Shown: positions 21,862 through 32,424 of the stretch, piece by piece
Layout of the letters: every line of letters starts with the position of its first letter
Position numbering within the stretch: the first letter of the stretch is position 1
Assembly (NCBI GenBank): GCA_963740315.1
Contig: CAVUDP010000002.1
Location: 2,144,001-2,208,000 of the forward strand
DNA length: 64,000 nucleotides
Reading direction: 5' to 3'
DNA from: an uncultured cyanobacterium
GTDB lineage: Bacteria; Cyanobacteriota; Cyanobacteriia; Cyanobacteriales; Nostocaceae
Program-made: the position numbers and the translations under genes
Notes under the pieces: generated by a model
Told to the model about the DNA's origin: nothing
The model's database searches: none
Seen by the model: only the letters and a program-made list of their open reading frames with translations

Positions 21862-22929
21862 ATGAACAATACTACTAAGAAACTTATTCCCCTCAGCAGA
21901 GATTCCATACAATTAATTAAAGGTTTGATTGTCGGTAAAGTGCTGACAATCGTGGTTATCGGCGGGTTGTGGCTTTTGGTAAGGCAGTATTTAGAAGCGC
22001 CTAACCGTAGCGTCGAAGTCGATCGCTCAACTTCAACTGCTTCACAGACTGAGGCTTCAACCTTTAAAACGGTAAGCAATGTTCCCATCGGCTCGTTTAA
22101 ATATGGTGGAAGCACCGCTTGGGCACCGATTCGACAACTGGTGCATTCTTTAATCCAGAGCGATCGCCCCGAATTAAAATTACGATATGCAACCCAAGCA
22201 AGTAATCCGAGTTCGGCAACGGGTATTGAGATGTTGTTGGATGGAAAAATTGACTTTGCTCAATTGTCGCGTCCCCTAACAAAATCGGAATACGAAGCAG
22301 CCGCACAAAAAGGTTTTACGCTCAAACAGCGTCAGGTTGCTACCGACGGAGTAGCGGTAGCAGTCAACCCAGGGCTATCCGTTTCTGGTTTAACTGTCGA
22401 ACAGTTACAGCAAATTTATTTAGGTAAAATGACTAATTGGAAGCAATTAGGCGGTTCCGATTTACCGATAACGCCTTTTTCCGATAATTCAGAAGATGTC
22501 AAATTAAGATTATTTACCGAAGAAGAATTAGGTAAGCAAAATTTAGGCTCTAACGTGCAGTATGTCAATACTCCTACCGAAGCATTGCGCCAAGTCAGAC
22601 AAAATAAAGGCGGCGTGTATTTAGGTTCGGCGCGAGCTATAGTGCCTCAATGTACCGTAAAACCGTTAGCTTTGGGTATCAGTCAAGACAACTTGGTTAA
22701 CCCTTTTAGAGGACAATTAGTACCGTCGAACCAGTGTCCGCAAACGCGCAATTATGTAAATACCAACGCGATCGCAAACGGTAGTTATCCACTAAAGAGC
22801 AAATTGTTTGTAGTTACCAAGCACAATAACGGTAAGGAAGAGCAAGTTGGGGATGCTTATACAAAATTGTTGCTGACTTCCGAAGGACAAAAGGCGATCG
22901 CTGAAGCTGGTTTTGTTCCGATTCGTTAG
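21862..22929 (+). CDS. PstS-like (PBP superfamily) substrate-binding protein with N-terminal anchor
   Basis: YGGSTAWAPIR, SRPL, VATDGVAVAVNP, IYLGKMTNWKQLGG and YPL motifs. Confidence 0.85.
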   Translation: MNNTTKKLIPLSRDSIQLIKGLIVGKVLTIVVIGGLWLLVRQYLEAPNRSVEVDRSTSTASQTEASTFKTVSNVPIGSFKYGGSTAWAPIRQLVHSLIQSDRPELKLRYATQASNPSSATGIEMLLDGKIDFAQLSRPLTKSEYEAAAQKGFTLKQRQVATDGVAVAVNPGLSVSGLTVEQLQQIYLGKMTNWKQLGGSDLPITPFSDNSEDVKLRLFTEEELGKQNLGSNVQYVNTPTEALRQVRQNKGGVYLGSARAIVPQCTVKPLALGISQDNLVNPFRGQLVPSNQCPQTRNYVNTNAIANGSYPLKSKLFVVTKHNNGKEEQVGDAYTKLLLTSEGQKAIAEAGFVPIR

Positions 22930-22945
22930 ATAATTGCTTTAAGGT

Positions 22946-23210
22946 TTAGGGCTTTGTAGATGTGGATTCGTTTAATAAAATAGGAACTCCACCTTTACCC
23001 GAATCAACAAAAATAATTTTCTGAGAATCTGCGATACCTTTGGCTTCTTGACGCTGTTTTTCTTGTTCGGCTTTAAGTTTTTCGTAACAAAGCTTTTTAA
23101 AATACGAAGCCAAGGGGTAATAATTCTTGAGTAAGTTGTTCGTTTATTTGGCGAGCAACTTCTTGGCGTTTGGTAGAGTAAATAGCGTTTGCGGGATATT
23201 GCCCATAATA
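22946..23210 (-). pseudogene. Degraded prohibitin/SPFH (band 7) gene remnant
   Basis: Manual minus-strand translation: YPANAIYSTKRQEVARQINEQLTQELLPLGFVF*KALLR / KLKAEQEKQRQEAKGIADSQKIIFVDSGKGGVPILL. This is the SPFH C-terminal half with a stop, a frameshift and deletions. Confidence 0.7.
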
Positions 23211-23694
23211 TTATTAAGAAATAATTGAGGTAATACTATATAGATACCTACTGCTATTTATGTCTTTATGAATTTGAGTTTAGGGTTTAATCCGACTTTA
23301 AAAAAGAATTATAACGGTATTAAATAGTTGGGAATAGGGAACTCTTAACAGGGAATAAAGAAAAAAGACGGATTAATCTCGTCTGCGAAGACAGCGCAAC
23401 GAAAAAATCATGTTTCCGATAATGGCTGATTATGAATTCAAGAAAACCGGGAATGTCCCCAAACTTGATTTCTACTGCAATCGATTACAAACCCGTTCTA
23501 ATTTTTTTAGTCATAAGAACCACCTTTGCGGTATACCTATGTTAGCGCTGTCTTATCCGGTGCTTGAAATGTCTTTAAAATTTATTTAACAAAAGGTTAA
23601 AAAAAGACTATATTATCTAAAATCAAACTTTAACAAATAAGTCTCGTTGCAGCAGTAGGAGTGTCAAATAAAACCGTAATTTGGGAGAAAATCC

Positions 23695-24636
23695 ATGAAA
23701 CAACTACTTTATAAATATCGACTGACTGCGTTTTTGAGTGCAATCTTGTTAAGTGCCTCGATTGCTCCTGTAAAAGCCAATGAAGCTTATGGGTTTGAAT
23801 TTGACCCCGTTCCGCAAAAACTAGCCCAGTACGCTCGCGACAGTGCCACAACTTATTTAAATCAGGGTTTGCAGTTGATTCAGGAGGGAAGAGTAGAAGA
23901 CGCAATTAACGCTTTTAACCAAGCTATTCAGTTAGAGCCATCTTTAGCACCAGCTTATTACAATTTAGGATTGGCGCTGCGACAGGTGGGACAGTTACAG
24001 CAGAGTGCGAATGCTTTTTATCAAGCTACCCAAGTCGATCCTAAGTTTGCGTTAGCTTATGCAAATTTAGGCGGTGCTTTGTTGGAAGGAAAAAATCTCA
24101 ACCAAGCTGAAGATTATTTACAGCGAGCTTTACAACTAGATTCAAAATTAGGAGTTGCTCACTACAATCTTGGTTTATTACATCAGCAAAAAGAAGATTG
24201 TAAGCAAGCAGTTAAATCATTTAGTAAAGCGAGTAGATATAGCAACAAAGCACCAGAACCTGCTTATCAAATCGGCTTATGTTATATGCAAGAACGCAAA
24301 TTAAATAAAGCCAAAAATGCTTTTAATCAAGCAGTGAAAATTAATCCAAGATATCCCGAAGCACATTACAATCTTGGTTCGGTTTTATATAGCCAAGGTA
24401 AACACGAACAAGCTTTAGAAGCATTTAGAAAAGCCGCAGCTGCTAACCCCGATTATCCTAGTGCTTACTACGGTGCTGGATTGGCATTTATGCAACTTAA
24501 ACAATATCCAGATGCTATGCGTGTATTACAATACGCTAGGGATTTATTCATAGCACAAAATAATTCTCAGTGGGCTAATAATGCCGAGCAACTCATGCAA
24601 CAAGCACAGAATTTTTCCGGCTCAATTCCTCGATAA
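23695..24636 (+). CDS. Exported TPR-repeat protein
   Basis: Signal peptide and repeated AYYNLG / AHYNLG TPR units. Confidence 0.92.
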   Translation: MKQLLYKYRLTAFLSAILLSASIAPVKANEAYGFEFDPVPQKLAQYARDSATTYLNQGLQLIQEGRVEDAINAFNQAIQLEPSLAPAYYNLGLALRQVGQLQQSANAFYQATQVDPKFALAYANLGGALLEGKNLNQAEDYLQRALQLDSKLGVAHYNLGLLHQQKEDCKQAVKSFSKASRYSNKAPEPAYQIGLCYMQERKLNKAKNAFNQAVKINPRYPEAHYNLGSVLYSQGKHEQALEAFRKAAAANPDYPSAYYGAGLAFMQLKQYPDAMRVLQYARDLFIAQNNSQWANNAEQLMQQAQNFSGSIPR

Positions 24637-24736
24637 AAAGTTACTCATATTGCTGTTAACATCGTCTAACTCACGTCACAATATAAACAATTGCTCGAAC
24701 AATGGCTGGTGTGGTCTGTAGTTCACTTGGTAATTC

Positions 24737-25306
24737 ATGTTTATGTTCGTGAAAAAACGTCCCAAAAGCCAATTTCTATTGTGGAATCGTTGGTTAGATC
24801 GGCACAGAATAGTCAGCAACATGGAGACTTTTTGTGACTTAGTTGTCATTTCTCTATGTTTTTGTTTGTTCGCCGTGATGGTAGTGCAGTTATGGGGAAT
24901 ATTTAAAGCTATTTTGCTTTCTGTTGATTATCAACAGGTAACTGCAAAAATGCTATTTATTTTAATTTTGGTCGAGTTATTTCGACTATTAGTGGTGTAT
25001 CTACAAGAGCATAGCATTGCAGTTGGTGTCGCCGTAGAAGTAACGATTGTATCTTTGCTACGAGAAGTAATCGTTCACGGTGCGATGGAAATTTCTTGGA
25101 TTAAAGTAGCGTCTATTTGTGGTTTATTAATAATTTTGGGTGTATTACTACTCGTGTGCGCTAAAACTCCGCATATGGATTGTATTAGCGCTAATACTAA
25201 ATATTGTCCTTTTATTTATCCTGATGACGATCGAGAGTCTTCCGGAGGTTGTAATTCAGGAAGAACATCGAATCACGATCGCGAGAAGAGGCAGGTTAAG
25301 ACTTAG
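24737..25306 (+). CDS. Phosphate-starvation-inducible PsiE-family membrane protein
   Basis: LFILILVELFRLLVVYL...VAVEVTIVSLLREVIV motif; about four TMs. Confidence 0.82.
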   Translation: MFMFVKKRPKSQFLLWNRWLDRHRIVSNMETFCDLVVISLCFCLFAVMVVQLWGIFKAILLSVDYQQVTAKMLFILILVELFRLLVVYLQEHSIAVGVAVEVTIVSLLREVIVHGAMEISWIKVASICGLLIILGVLLLVCAKTPHMDCISANTKYCPFIYPDDDRESSGGCNSGRTSNHDREKRQVKT

Positions 25307-25332
25307 CCAAATTCACTATTTTAATTCGATCT

Positions 25333-25357
25333 AAACCCGTCATTGGCGGGTTTTTTT
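25333..25357 (+). terminator. Rho-independent terminator
   Basis: aaacccgt-catt-ggcgggttttttt downstream of the PsiE-family gene. Confidence 0.7.
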
Positions 25358-25560
25358 AATTGGTAATGGGTTCTGGTTCCCAGGGGTTGGGCGATCGCGA
25401 AGGTTTTTGAGGCTCTGCTTTCTATTGATTGAATCAAAGCTATTGCTATAATTTTGACAACGCGAATTTATATAATCCCGGTTTTTTATCAATATAAATA
25501 CGGATTTTATGTTTTTAGAGTAAAAAAACTATCTAGTAAAAAATTTGTGATTTAAGCTAT

Positions 25561-25878
25561 ATGAATAAAAAACTCATTACTAAAATTGCTGCTGGTTTCG
25601 TATTTGCTTATACCCTTTCTTATGTCGGGATTCGATTAACAACTAATGCCATTGTTCATGGTTCCGGAACTTCTAGCTGTACTTATATTTATCATTCTGT
25701 AGTTCCGGGAGACTCTGGTATGATTGGTTTGTTGATTAATGGACAATTGGCACTACTCTTTACTCCTTTACGTTGGCTGGAAGTGCAATATTGGTATGTA
25801 GTTCAACCAGTTGGCTCGCCACTTTCAGAAGAAGATAGAAAACGGAATAAGTTTGCATCTTGTAGCGATCGAAGCTAG
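25561..25878 (+). CDS. Hypothetical protein
   Basis: 105-aa ORF with an N-terminal hydrophobic segment; no recognised family. Confidence 0.55.
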   Translation: MNKKLITKIAAGFVFAYTLSYVGIRLTTNAIVHGSGTSSCTYIYHSVVPGDSGMIGLLINGQLALLFTPLRWLEVQYWYVVQPVGSPLSEEDRKRNKFASCSDRS

Positions 25879-25997
25879 TAGCAATACAGTAAAAACGGTG
25901 CGTTAGGCGCGAAATACATACTTTGTCACAATCTTTAATTAGCGATCGCACCATAACACACCCTACATTTCTCTTACCTCTAACCTTTACCAATTAC

Positions 25998-27317
25998 TTA
26001 TTCCAATTTACCCAAATTAATTGATTCATTTTTCAATAATTTTACCAAAATCTTATCAACGCGATTGCCATCCATATTCATGACTTCAAAGCGCATTCCT
26101 TTCCATTCAAAGTTATCTGTAGCGACGGGAATACGACCTAAGTAAGTCATTACCAAACCGCCTAATGTTTGATAACTGTCGCGGGAGTGGGATTCTAATT
26201 CTTCTTCCATATCGAAAAGTTCAAAAAACTCATCCATAGTTAACATCCCATCAAGTAACCACAATCCATCGTCTCTTTGTATCGCTTGGGGTTCTTCTTC
26301 TTCTTCGTCGTTAGGAACATCACCGACAATTTCAATTAATATGTCATTCAAAGTTACCAATCCTTGAATTACTCCATATTCATCTACCACTAACGCTACA
26401 TGATTAACGGTTTGCTTGAATAACTCTAAAACTTTTAGACCACGGGTGCTTTCCGGTACAAATATTGGCTCTCGCAATCCTTGCGTTAAATCCATCATTT
26501 CTCCGGTAAAACTGCGAGCTAATAAGTTTGTTACTGGAATAATTCCTAATATATTATCCAATCCTTCCTGACACACTGGATAACGCGAATAACCATTCTC
26601 AATTATTTTCTCGCGATTTTGAGCCGCGCTATCTTCCAAATCCAACCAAACAATTTCCGGGCGCGGTGTCATGAACGAACTCACTGGGCGATCGCCTAAA
26701 CGAAAAACCCGCTCAACCATGTCCTGTTCTACTTCTTCAAAGGTTCCTTCTTCGGTTCCTTGTTCGATTAATATTTTAATTTCTTCTTCTGTAATTTGTG
26801 GTTCGGTATTCGGTTTTATTCCTAACAATCGCACTATTGTGTCTGTAATAAAACTTAAAAGCGATACAATTGGGTAAGTAAATTTCACTAAAGCTTTCAT
26901 CGGTAACGCGACGATGGAAGCAATTGACTCTGGATGATTTAAAGCCACACGCTTGGGTACGAGTTCGCCTAAAATTATTGCTATAAAAGTAATTATTATA
27001 ACTGCGAGTCCGCGAGCTGCCTGAACTTTATATAAAGGAATAAAATCTAAAATAGGATATATTCTTTGGGCAATGATTCTTTCTCCATAGGCACCAGCAA
27101 TAATGGTGACTAAAGTTATTCCCACTTGCACCGTACCAAGGAATCGGCTAGGAGAAGAAGCTAAATCAAAGGCGGCTTTAGCTCTGGTGTTTCCCCGATT
27201 GGCGAGGTTTTGCAAGCGGATTTTACGAGCGGAGACGATCGCTAACTCGGACATGACAAACACGGCGTTAGCGAAAATCAGTAGAAAAACAATTAATAAT
27301 TCGAGATTGGGAGACAT
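25998..27317 (-). CDS. CNNM/DUF21-CBS-CorC (hemolysin-family) Mg/Co transport protein
   Basis: FVMSELAIVSAR, GELVPK, MTPR, YSRYPV, VVDEYG and a CorC-like tail. Confidence 0.93.
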   Translation of the reverse strand: MSPNLELLIVFLLIFANAVFVMSELAIVSARKIRLQNLANRGNTRAKAAFDLASSPSRFLGTVQVGITLVTIIAGAYGERIIAQRIYPILDFIPLYKVQAARGLAVIIITFIAIILGELVPKRVALNHPESIASIVALPMKALVKFTYPIVSLLSFITDTIVRLLGIKPNTEPQITEEEIKILIEQGTEEGTFEEVEQDMVERVFRLGDRPVSSFMTPRPEIVWLDLEDSAAQNREKIIENGYSRYPVCQEGLDNILGIIPVTNLLARSFTGEMMDLTQGLREPIFVPESTRGLKVLELFKQTVNHVALVVDEYGVIQGLVTLNDILIEIVGDVPNDEEEEEPQAIQRDDGLWLLDGMLTMDEFFELFDMEEELESHSRDSYQTLGGLVMTYLGRIPVATDNFEWKGMRFEVMNMDGNRVDKILVKLLKNESINLGKLE

Positions 27318-27770
27318 TCTAAAAATTGCCGTTCGATATGCGGCTAACTGTGAATCGTTTTAATTTGTAAGTATCTAGCACCAAGGCGTAAAAAAGAAAA
27401 GACTCTAAATACATAAAATTTGGTTTGACAAAAAAAATATTGCATTCGTTACAGAACATGAGCGAAGTATAGTCGCCCAAAGTGTTAGTCGTAATTTTAC
27501 TAGGGAAAAATGATTTTAAAGCAAAATTTTGGTTGAGGCTTCTAAAATAGTTAAATAGGCATTCATCAACCACGACTGCTTGCCTGTATTTTAGAAAAGG
27601 GCTTTCTTTAGCCAAAAATTTCTCAATGTATCAAGGTAAAAGGTCTGTGCATATTTACGACTATCCCTAAATCGGGGTTTAATCTTGCTTATCATTTGAT
27701 TCTTTACGTTCACCTTTGATGGTGTAGCTAATTTTAAATTACGAATTACGAATTACGAATTGTAAACGTT

Positions 27771-30700
27771 ATGGCTTTTTCTTCCATAGTGCGTGCTTTG
27801 GGACGTTCTTCCCTCACCACCGAACTACTTTCTAAATTAAAGACGCTTTCCACATTACAATTAAATGGGATTCCACGTTTACCCAAGGGCTTGGTAGCTT
27901 CGGCGTTGGCAAATAGTTCCGAGCGAAACTTATTTGTGGTCTGTGCCACTTTGGAAGAAGCGGGACGCTGGACTACACAGTTGGAAACGATGGGATGGAA
28001 GACTATACATTTTTATCCCACAACTGATGCATCTCCCTACGAACCTTTTGACCCAGAAACCGAGATGACTTGGGGACAAATGCAGGTTTTAGCCGATTTA
28101 ATTAAATTATCTCCTGCTAATAATCCCTCTTCATCAGTGGCTGTAATCGCAACCCATGCAGCTTTACAACCCCATTTACCACCCCTTGAGGCTTTTAAAC
28201 CTTTTTGTTTGAATATCGCTAAAGGTATGGAATTTAATTTGGGTACCTTCGCCCAAAAAATGGCTACTTTGGGATACGAAAGGGTTCCTTTGGTAGAAAT
28301 GGAAGGTACTTGGAGTCGGCGCGGCGATATTGTGGATGTGTTTCCCGTATCTTCAGAATTACCTGTACGTTTGGATTGGTTTGGCGACGAAATCGAGCAA
28401 ATCCGCGAATTCAATCCCTCCACGCAGCGTTCTGCTTTAGATAAAATTGACCAAATAGTTCTTACTCCTACTAGTTTTGCTCCTATCTTAATGTCAGAGA
28501 CGCAATTTACAGCGTCTGTAGAAAATTATCTTTCACCAGAAGAAAAAGAACAGTTAGAAACGGGACAGTTATTAGAAGGTAGCCGCAGGTTTTTAGGATT
28601 AGCTTACGAAAAGCCCGCTTCTTTATTAGATTATTTACCCGAAAATACTTTAGTTGCCATTGATGAAGTTGAGCAATGTTACGCTCACAGTTTGTTGTGG
28701 GTGGAGAATGCTGAGGAGCAGTGGGAGGGGGGACAAGGGGATGGGGAGATGGGGGGATTGGGAGAGGGGGAAGAGGGGGTAGAGGGGGTAGATGGGGAGA
28801 GTTTTTCTTTTGCTCCCGGAGCTTCCGGAGCTTCCTTTGCTGACTCCGCTCTTCCTAAGATTCACCGTTTTTGGGAAGATTGTTTGGCGGATTTAGAGAA
28901 ATTTGAAAGTTTGTATTTATCGGAGTTGGCTGAGGAAGGTGATGATGCTGTTAATTTGGCGGCTCGTGCGATTCCGGTGACTCCCCATGCTTTTGCGAAG
29001 TTGGCACAGACGCTTAGAGAAGAGCGCGATCGCAATTTTAATATCTGGTTAATTTCGGCTCAACCTTCGCGATCGGTTTCTTTATTACAGGAACATGATT
29101 GTCCGGCTCAGTTTATTCCCAATCCCCGCGATTATCAAGCTATCGATCGCTCGTTGGTTAGTCACGTACCCGTAGCTTTGAAATATTCCGGGCTGGCTGA
29201 GTTGGAAGGCTTTATTTTACCGACTTACAGAATTGTTGTTGTCACCGATAAGGAGTTTTACGGTCAGCATACTTTAGCAACTCCCGGTTACGTCCGCAAG
29301 CGTCGCAAAGCTAGTTCTAAAAAGGTCGATCCCAATAAGTTACGTCCGGGTGATTATGTAATTCACAGAAATCACGGTTTAGGTCAATTTCTGAAGTTGG
29401 AAAGTTTGACGCTCAATGATGAAACTCGCGATTATTTAGTTGTTAAGTATGCAGATGGGTTGTTACGAGTAGCAGCAGATCAAGTTGGTGCTTTATCTCG
29501 TTTTCGCACAACTACCAACTCGTCACCGCAATTAAATAAGATGACGGGTAAGGCTTGGGAAAATACTAAAAATAAAGTCCGCAAAACCGTTAAGAGATTG
29601 GCGGTTGATTTATTAAGACTGTATTCTCAACGTACTCAACAAACTGGTTTTACTTATCCCCAGGATTCCCCTTGGCAGGAAGAGATGGAAGATTCTTTTC
29701 CCTATCAACCGACAATCGACCAGTTGAAAGCTACTCAAGATGTCAAACGGGATATGGAAAGCGATCGCCCGATGGATCGTTTGGTTTGCGGTGATGTGGG
29801 TTTTGGTAAAACGGAGGTGGCAATAAGAGCAATTTTCAAAGCTGTAACTTCTGGGAAGCAAGTTGCTTTACTCGCACCAACTACCATTCTTACTCAACAG
29901 CACTACCACACTTTAAAAGAACGATTTGCTCCTTACCCGATAAATGTGGGTTTACTTAATCGTTTCCGTAGCGCTGAAGAAAAGCGGAATATACAGAAAA
30001 GATTGCTGACGGGGGAATTGGATATAGTTGTCGGTACCCATCAACTTTTAGGTAAAACCGTTCAATATAGAGATTTAGGATTATTAGTGGTAGATGAAGA
30101 ACAAAGATTTGGGGTAAATCAAAAAGAAAAAATTAAATCTTTGAAAACTGAAGTTGATGTACTTACCCTGAGCGCTACACCTATTCCCCGCACCTTGTAT
30201 ATGTCGCTGTCGGGAATTCGAGAAATGAGTTTGATTACTACACCACCACCATCGAGAAGACCAATTAAAACTCATCTTTCACCGATGAATCCCGAAGCTA
30301 TGCGTACCGCCATACGTCAGGAATTAGACAGAGGTGGACAGGTATTTTACGTAGTTCCACGGGTGGATGGAATTGAAGATAAATCCGCCTTTATCCGAGA
30401 GATGATACCGAATGCAAAGATTGCGATCGCTCACGGTCAGATGGAAGCCAGCGAGTTAGAATCGATCATGCTTTCTTTCAGTAGTGGGGAAGCAGATATT
30501 TTAATTTGTACGACCATAATTGAATCCGGTTTGGATATTCCCAGAGTTAATACGATATTAGTAGAAGACGCACATAAATTCGGATTAGCTCAACTTTATC
30601 AATTAAGAGGAAGAGTTGGACGTGCGGGAATTCAAGCTCATGCATGGTTATTTTATCCCAGACAAAGGTCATTATCGGAAGCAGCCAGGAAAAGGTTGCG

Positions 30701-31355
30701 AGCAATTCAGGAATTTACACAACTGGGTTCCGGTTATCAGTTAGCAATGCGAGATATGGAAATTCGCGGAGTCGGTAACTTATTGGGAGCAGAGCAATCC
30801 GGACAAATGAACGTCATCGGCTTCGACTTGTATATGGAAATGTTAGAAGAAGCAATTCGGGAAATTCGGGGACAAGAAATTCCTACCGTTGCCGACACTC
30901 AAATCGATCTGAATTTGACAGCATTTATTCCAGCAGATTACATTACCGACTTAGATCAGAAGATGAGCGCTTATCGTGCGGTAGCGGTAGCCAACTCCAA
31001 AGTAGAATTAGCAATGATTGCAGCCGAATGGAACGATAGATACGGTAACGTACCCGCGTCGGCAAGTCAGTTGTTGCGAGTCATGGAATTGAAGCAATTA
31101 GCGAAAAGTTTGGGATTTAGTCGGATAAAACCAGATGGCAAACAACATATTATTTTAGAAACTCCAATGGAAGAACCCGGTTGGAAATTATTAGCAGAGA
31201 AACTACCGCAAAATATGATGAGTAGATTTGTTTATTCACCAGGGAAAGTCACCGTCAGGGGATTAGGAGTAATGAAAGCAGAGGTACAGTTGCAAACCTT
31301 GATAGATGCATTTACCAGAATGCAGGATGCCGTACCCGAAGTTGCGATGGTTTAG
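27771..31355 (+). CDS. mfd: Transcription-repair coupling factor
   Basis: [35 protein letters not shown] and [17 protein letters not shown]. Confidence 0.97.
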   Translation: MAFSSIVRALGRSSLTTELLSKLKTLSTLQLNGIPRLPKGLVASALANSSERNLFVVCATLEEAGRWTTQLETMGWKTIHFYPTTDASPYEPFDPETEMTWGQMQVLADLIKLSPANNPSSSVAVIATHAALQPHLPPLEAFKPFCLNIAKGMEFNLGTFAQKMATLGYERVPLVEMEGTWSRRGDIVDVFPVSSELPVRLDWFGDEIEQIREFNPSTQRSALDKIDQIVLTPTSFAPILMSETQFTASVENYLSPEEKEQLETGQLLEGSRRFLGLAYEKPASLLDYLPENTLVAIDEVEQCYAHSLLWVENAEEQWEGGQGDGEMGGLGEGEEGVEGVDGESFSFAPGASGASFADSALPKIHRFWEDCLADLEKFESLYLSELAEEGDDAVNLAARAIPVTPHAFAKLAQTLREERDRNFNIWLISAQPSRSVSLLQEHDCPAQFIPNPRDYQAIDRSLVSHVPVALKYSGLAELEGFILPTYRIVVVTDKEFYGQHTLATPGYVRKRRKASSKKVDPNKLRPGDYVIHRNHGLGQFLKLESLTLNDETRDYLVVKYADGLLRVAADQVGALSRFRTTTNSSPQLNKMTGKAWENTKNKVRKTVKRLAVDLLRLYSQRTQQTGFTYPQDSPWQEEMEDSFPYQPTIDQLKATQDVKRDMESDRPMDRLVCGDVGFGKTEVAIRAIFKAVTSGKQVALLAPTTILTQQHYHTLKERFAPYPINVGLLNRFRSAEEKRNIQKRLLTGELDIVVGTHQLLGKTVQYRDLGLLVVDEEQRFGVNQKEKIKSLKTEVDVLTLSATPIPRTLYMSLSGIREMSLITTPPPSRRPIKTHLSPMNPEAMRTAIRQELDRGGQVFYVVPRVDGIEDKSAFIREMIPNAKIAIAHGQMEASELESIMLSFSSGEADILICTTIIESGLDIPRVNTILVEDAHKFGLAQLYQLRGRVGRAGIQAHAWLFYPRQRSLSEAARKRLRAIQEFTQLGSGYQLAMRDMEIRGVGNLLGAEQSGQMNVIGFDLYMEMLEEAIREIRGQEIPTVADTQIDLNLTAFIPADYITDLDQKMSAYRAVAVANSKVELAMIAAEWNDRYGNVPASASQLLRVMELKQLAKSLGFSRIKPDGKQHIILETPMEEPGWKLLAEKLPQNMMSRFVYSPGKVTVRGLGVMKAEVQLQTLIDAFTRMQDAVPEVAMV

Positions 31356-31608
31356 GTTCGTAGTTGGCGCTTTAGCGCTTCTTTTATTCGTAGAGTCGTC
31401 ACATAGCTAGAAATGTTGAAATACCTGGCGATTGAAATCACGGCTACACAGGCAAAACCCACCTGCGTGGGTTATTTGTAGCACCATTTAATCTGTGTTA
31501 TTAAGCGGGATTTACCGATTACAAAGTCAATATCTTGTTGTTATCAATTATGTATTCACTGTTTATTTTTATTTCCACAAAACAAGTAATAACACATAGA
31601 TATTAACA

Positions 31609-32209
31609 ATGAAAAAATTAATCGAAATTCTTTTTATAGCAGTAACTTTAACAGCTTGTAGGCAATATAAAAAACAAGTAAAAAGTTTTACTCAATGGTG
31701 TGAAAAAAAAATCAACTTTACCTGAAGAGACAAGACTTACTGTTGAAATGTTGTTGAAAAAATCGGGTACTCAAGATTGTGAAAAGGCTAATCAAATATT
31801 AAGTAAATTAACAAAGCTTTATCTTCCCTCAAGTAAAATCAACGATTTAAAACCAATTGCTAATTTAACTAATTTGTCCACACTAGTTCTTAATAGGAAT
31901 AAAATCAGCGACGTAAAACCACTTTCCAATTTAACTAATTTAAATCGGCTTTATCTTGAAAGGAATAAAATCAGCGATTTAAAACCACTTGCTAATTTAA
32001 CCAATTTGAATCAGCTTTACCTGAAAAAGAATAAAATCAGTGACGTAAATTCCCTTAAAAACTTAACAGAGTTAGGTTTCCTTTCTCTTGATTACGATGA
32101 AATAAACGATTTAAAACCACTTTCTAACTTGAAATTGGTGGATCTTTCAAATAAACAAGTCAAGTTTTTCACTTGTAACTTATTCGCTCCTGCTACTTGC
32201 GGATTTTAG
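31609..32209 (+). pseudogene. LRR lipoprotein gene 1 of the array, frameshifted in an A9 tract
   Basis: ATG at 31609 gives MKKLIEILFIAVTLTAC (lipobox)...KSFTQWCEKK. The continuation STLPEET... lies in the next frame after nine A (31703-31711). About 5-6 LRRs and a C-cap TCNLFAPATCGF follow. Confidence 0.8.
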
Positions 32210-32424
32210 TTACTGCGACATTAAGCATCTCTCAAACAGTTAGTAAAGGTGCGGTACGTCAAAGGCGATCGCACGCACGCACGCACTCCTCCCTTTTATC
32301 CCCACATCAAATCTTTATTACTCTTAGCGTTTATAGGTTACGAAATTAATATCGTGTGTTATGAAGTATGTATTAGATTGCTTTAAAAGCATTATTGGCT
32401 ACATACAAATACTTAAAGAATCAA

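Noticed and set aside
27319..27615. 98-aa minus-strand ORF between the CNNM gene and mfd
   Set aside because: TTG start, no RBS or recognisable motif, and AT-rich composition typical of a divergent promoter region.
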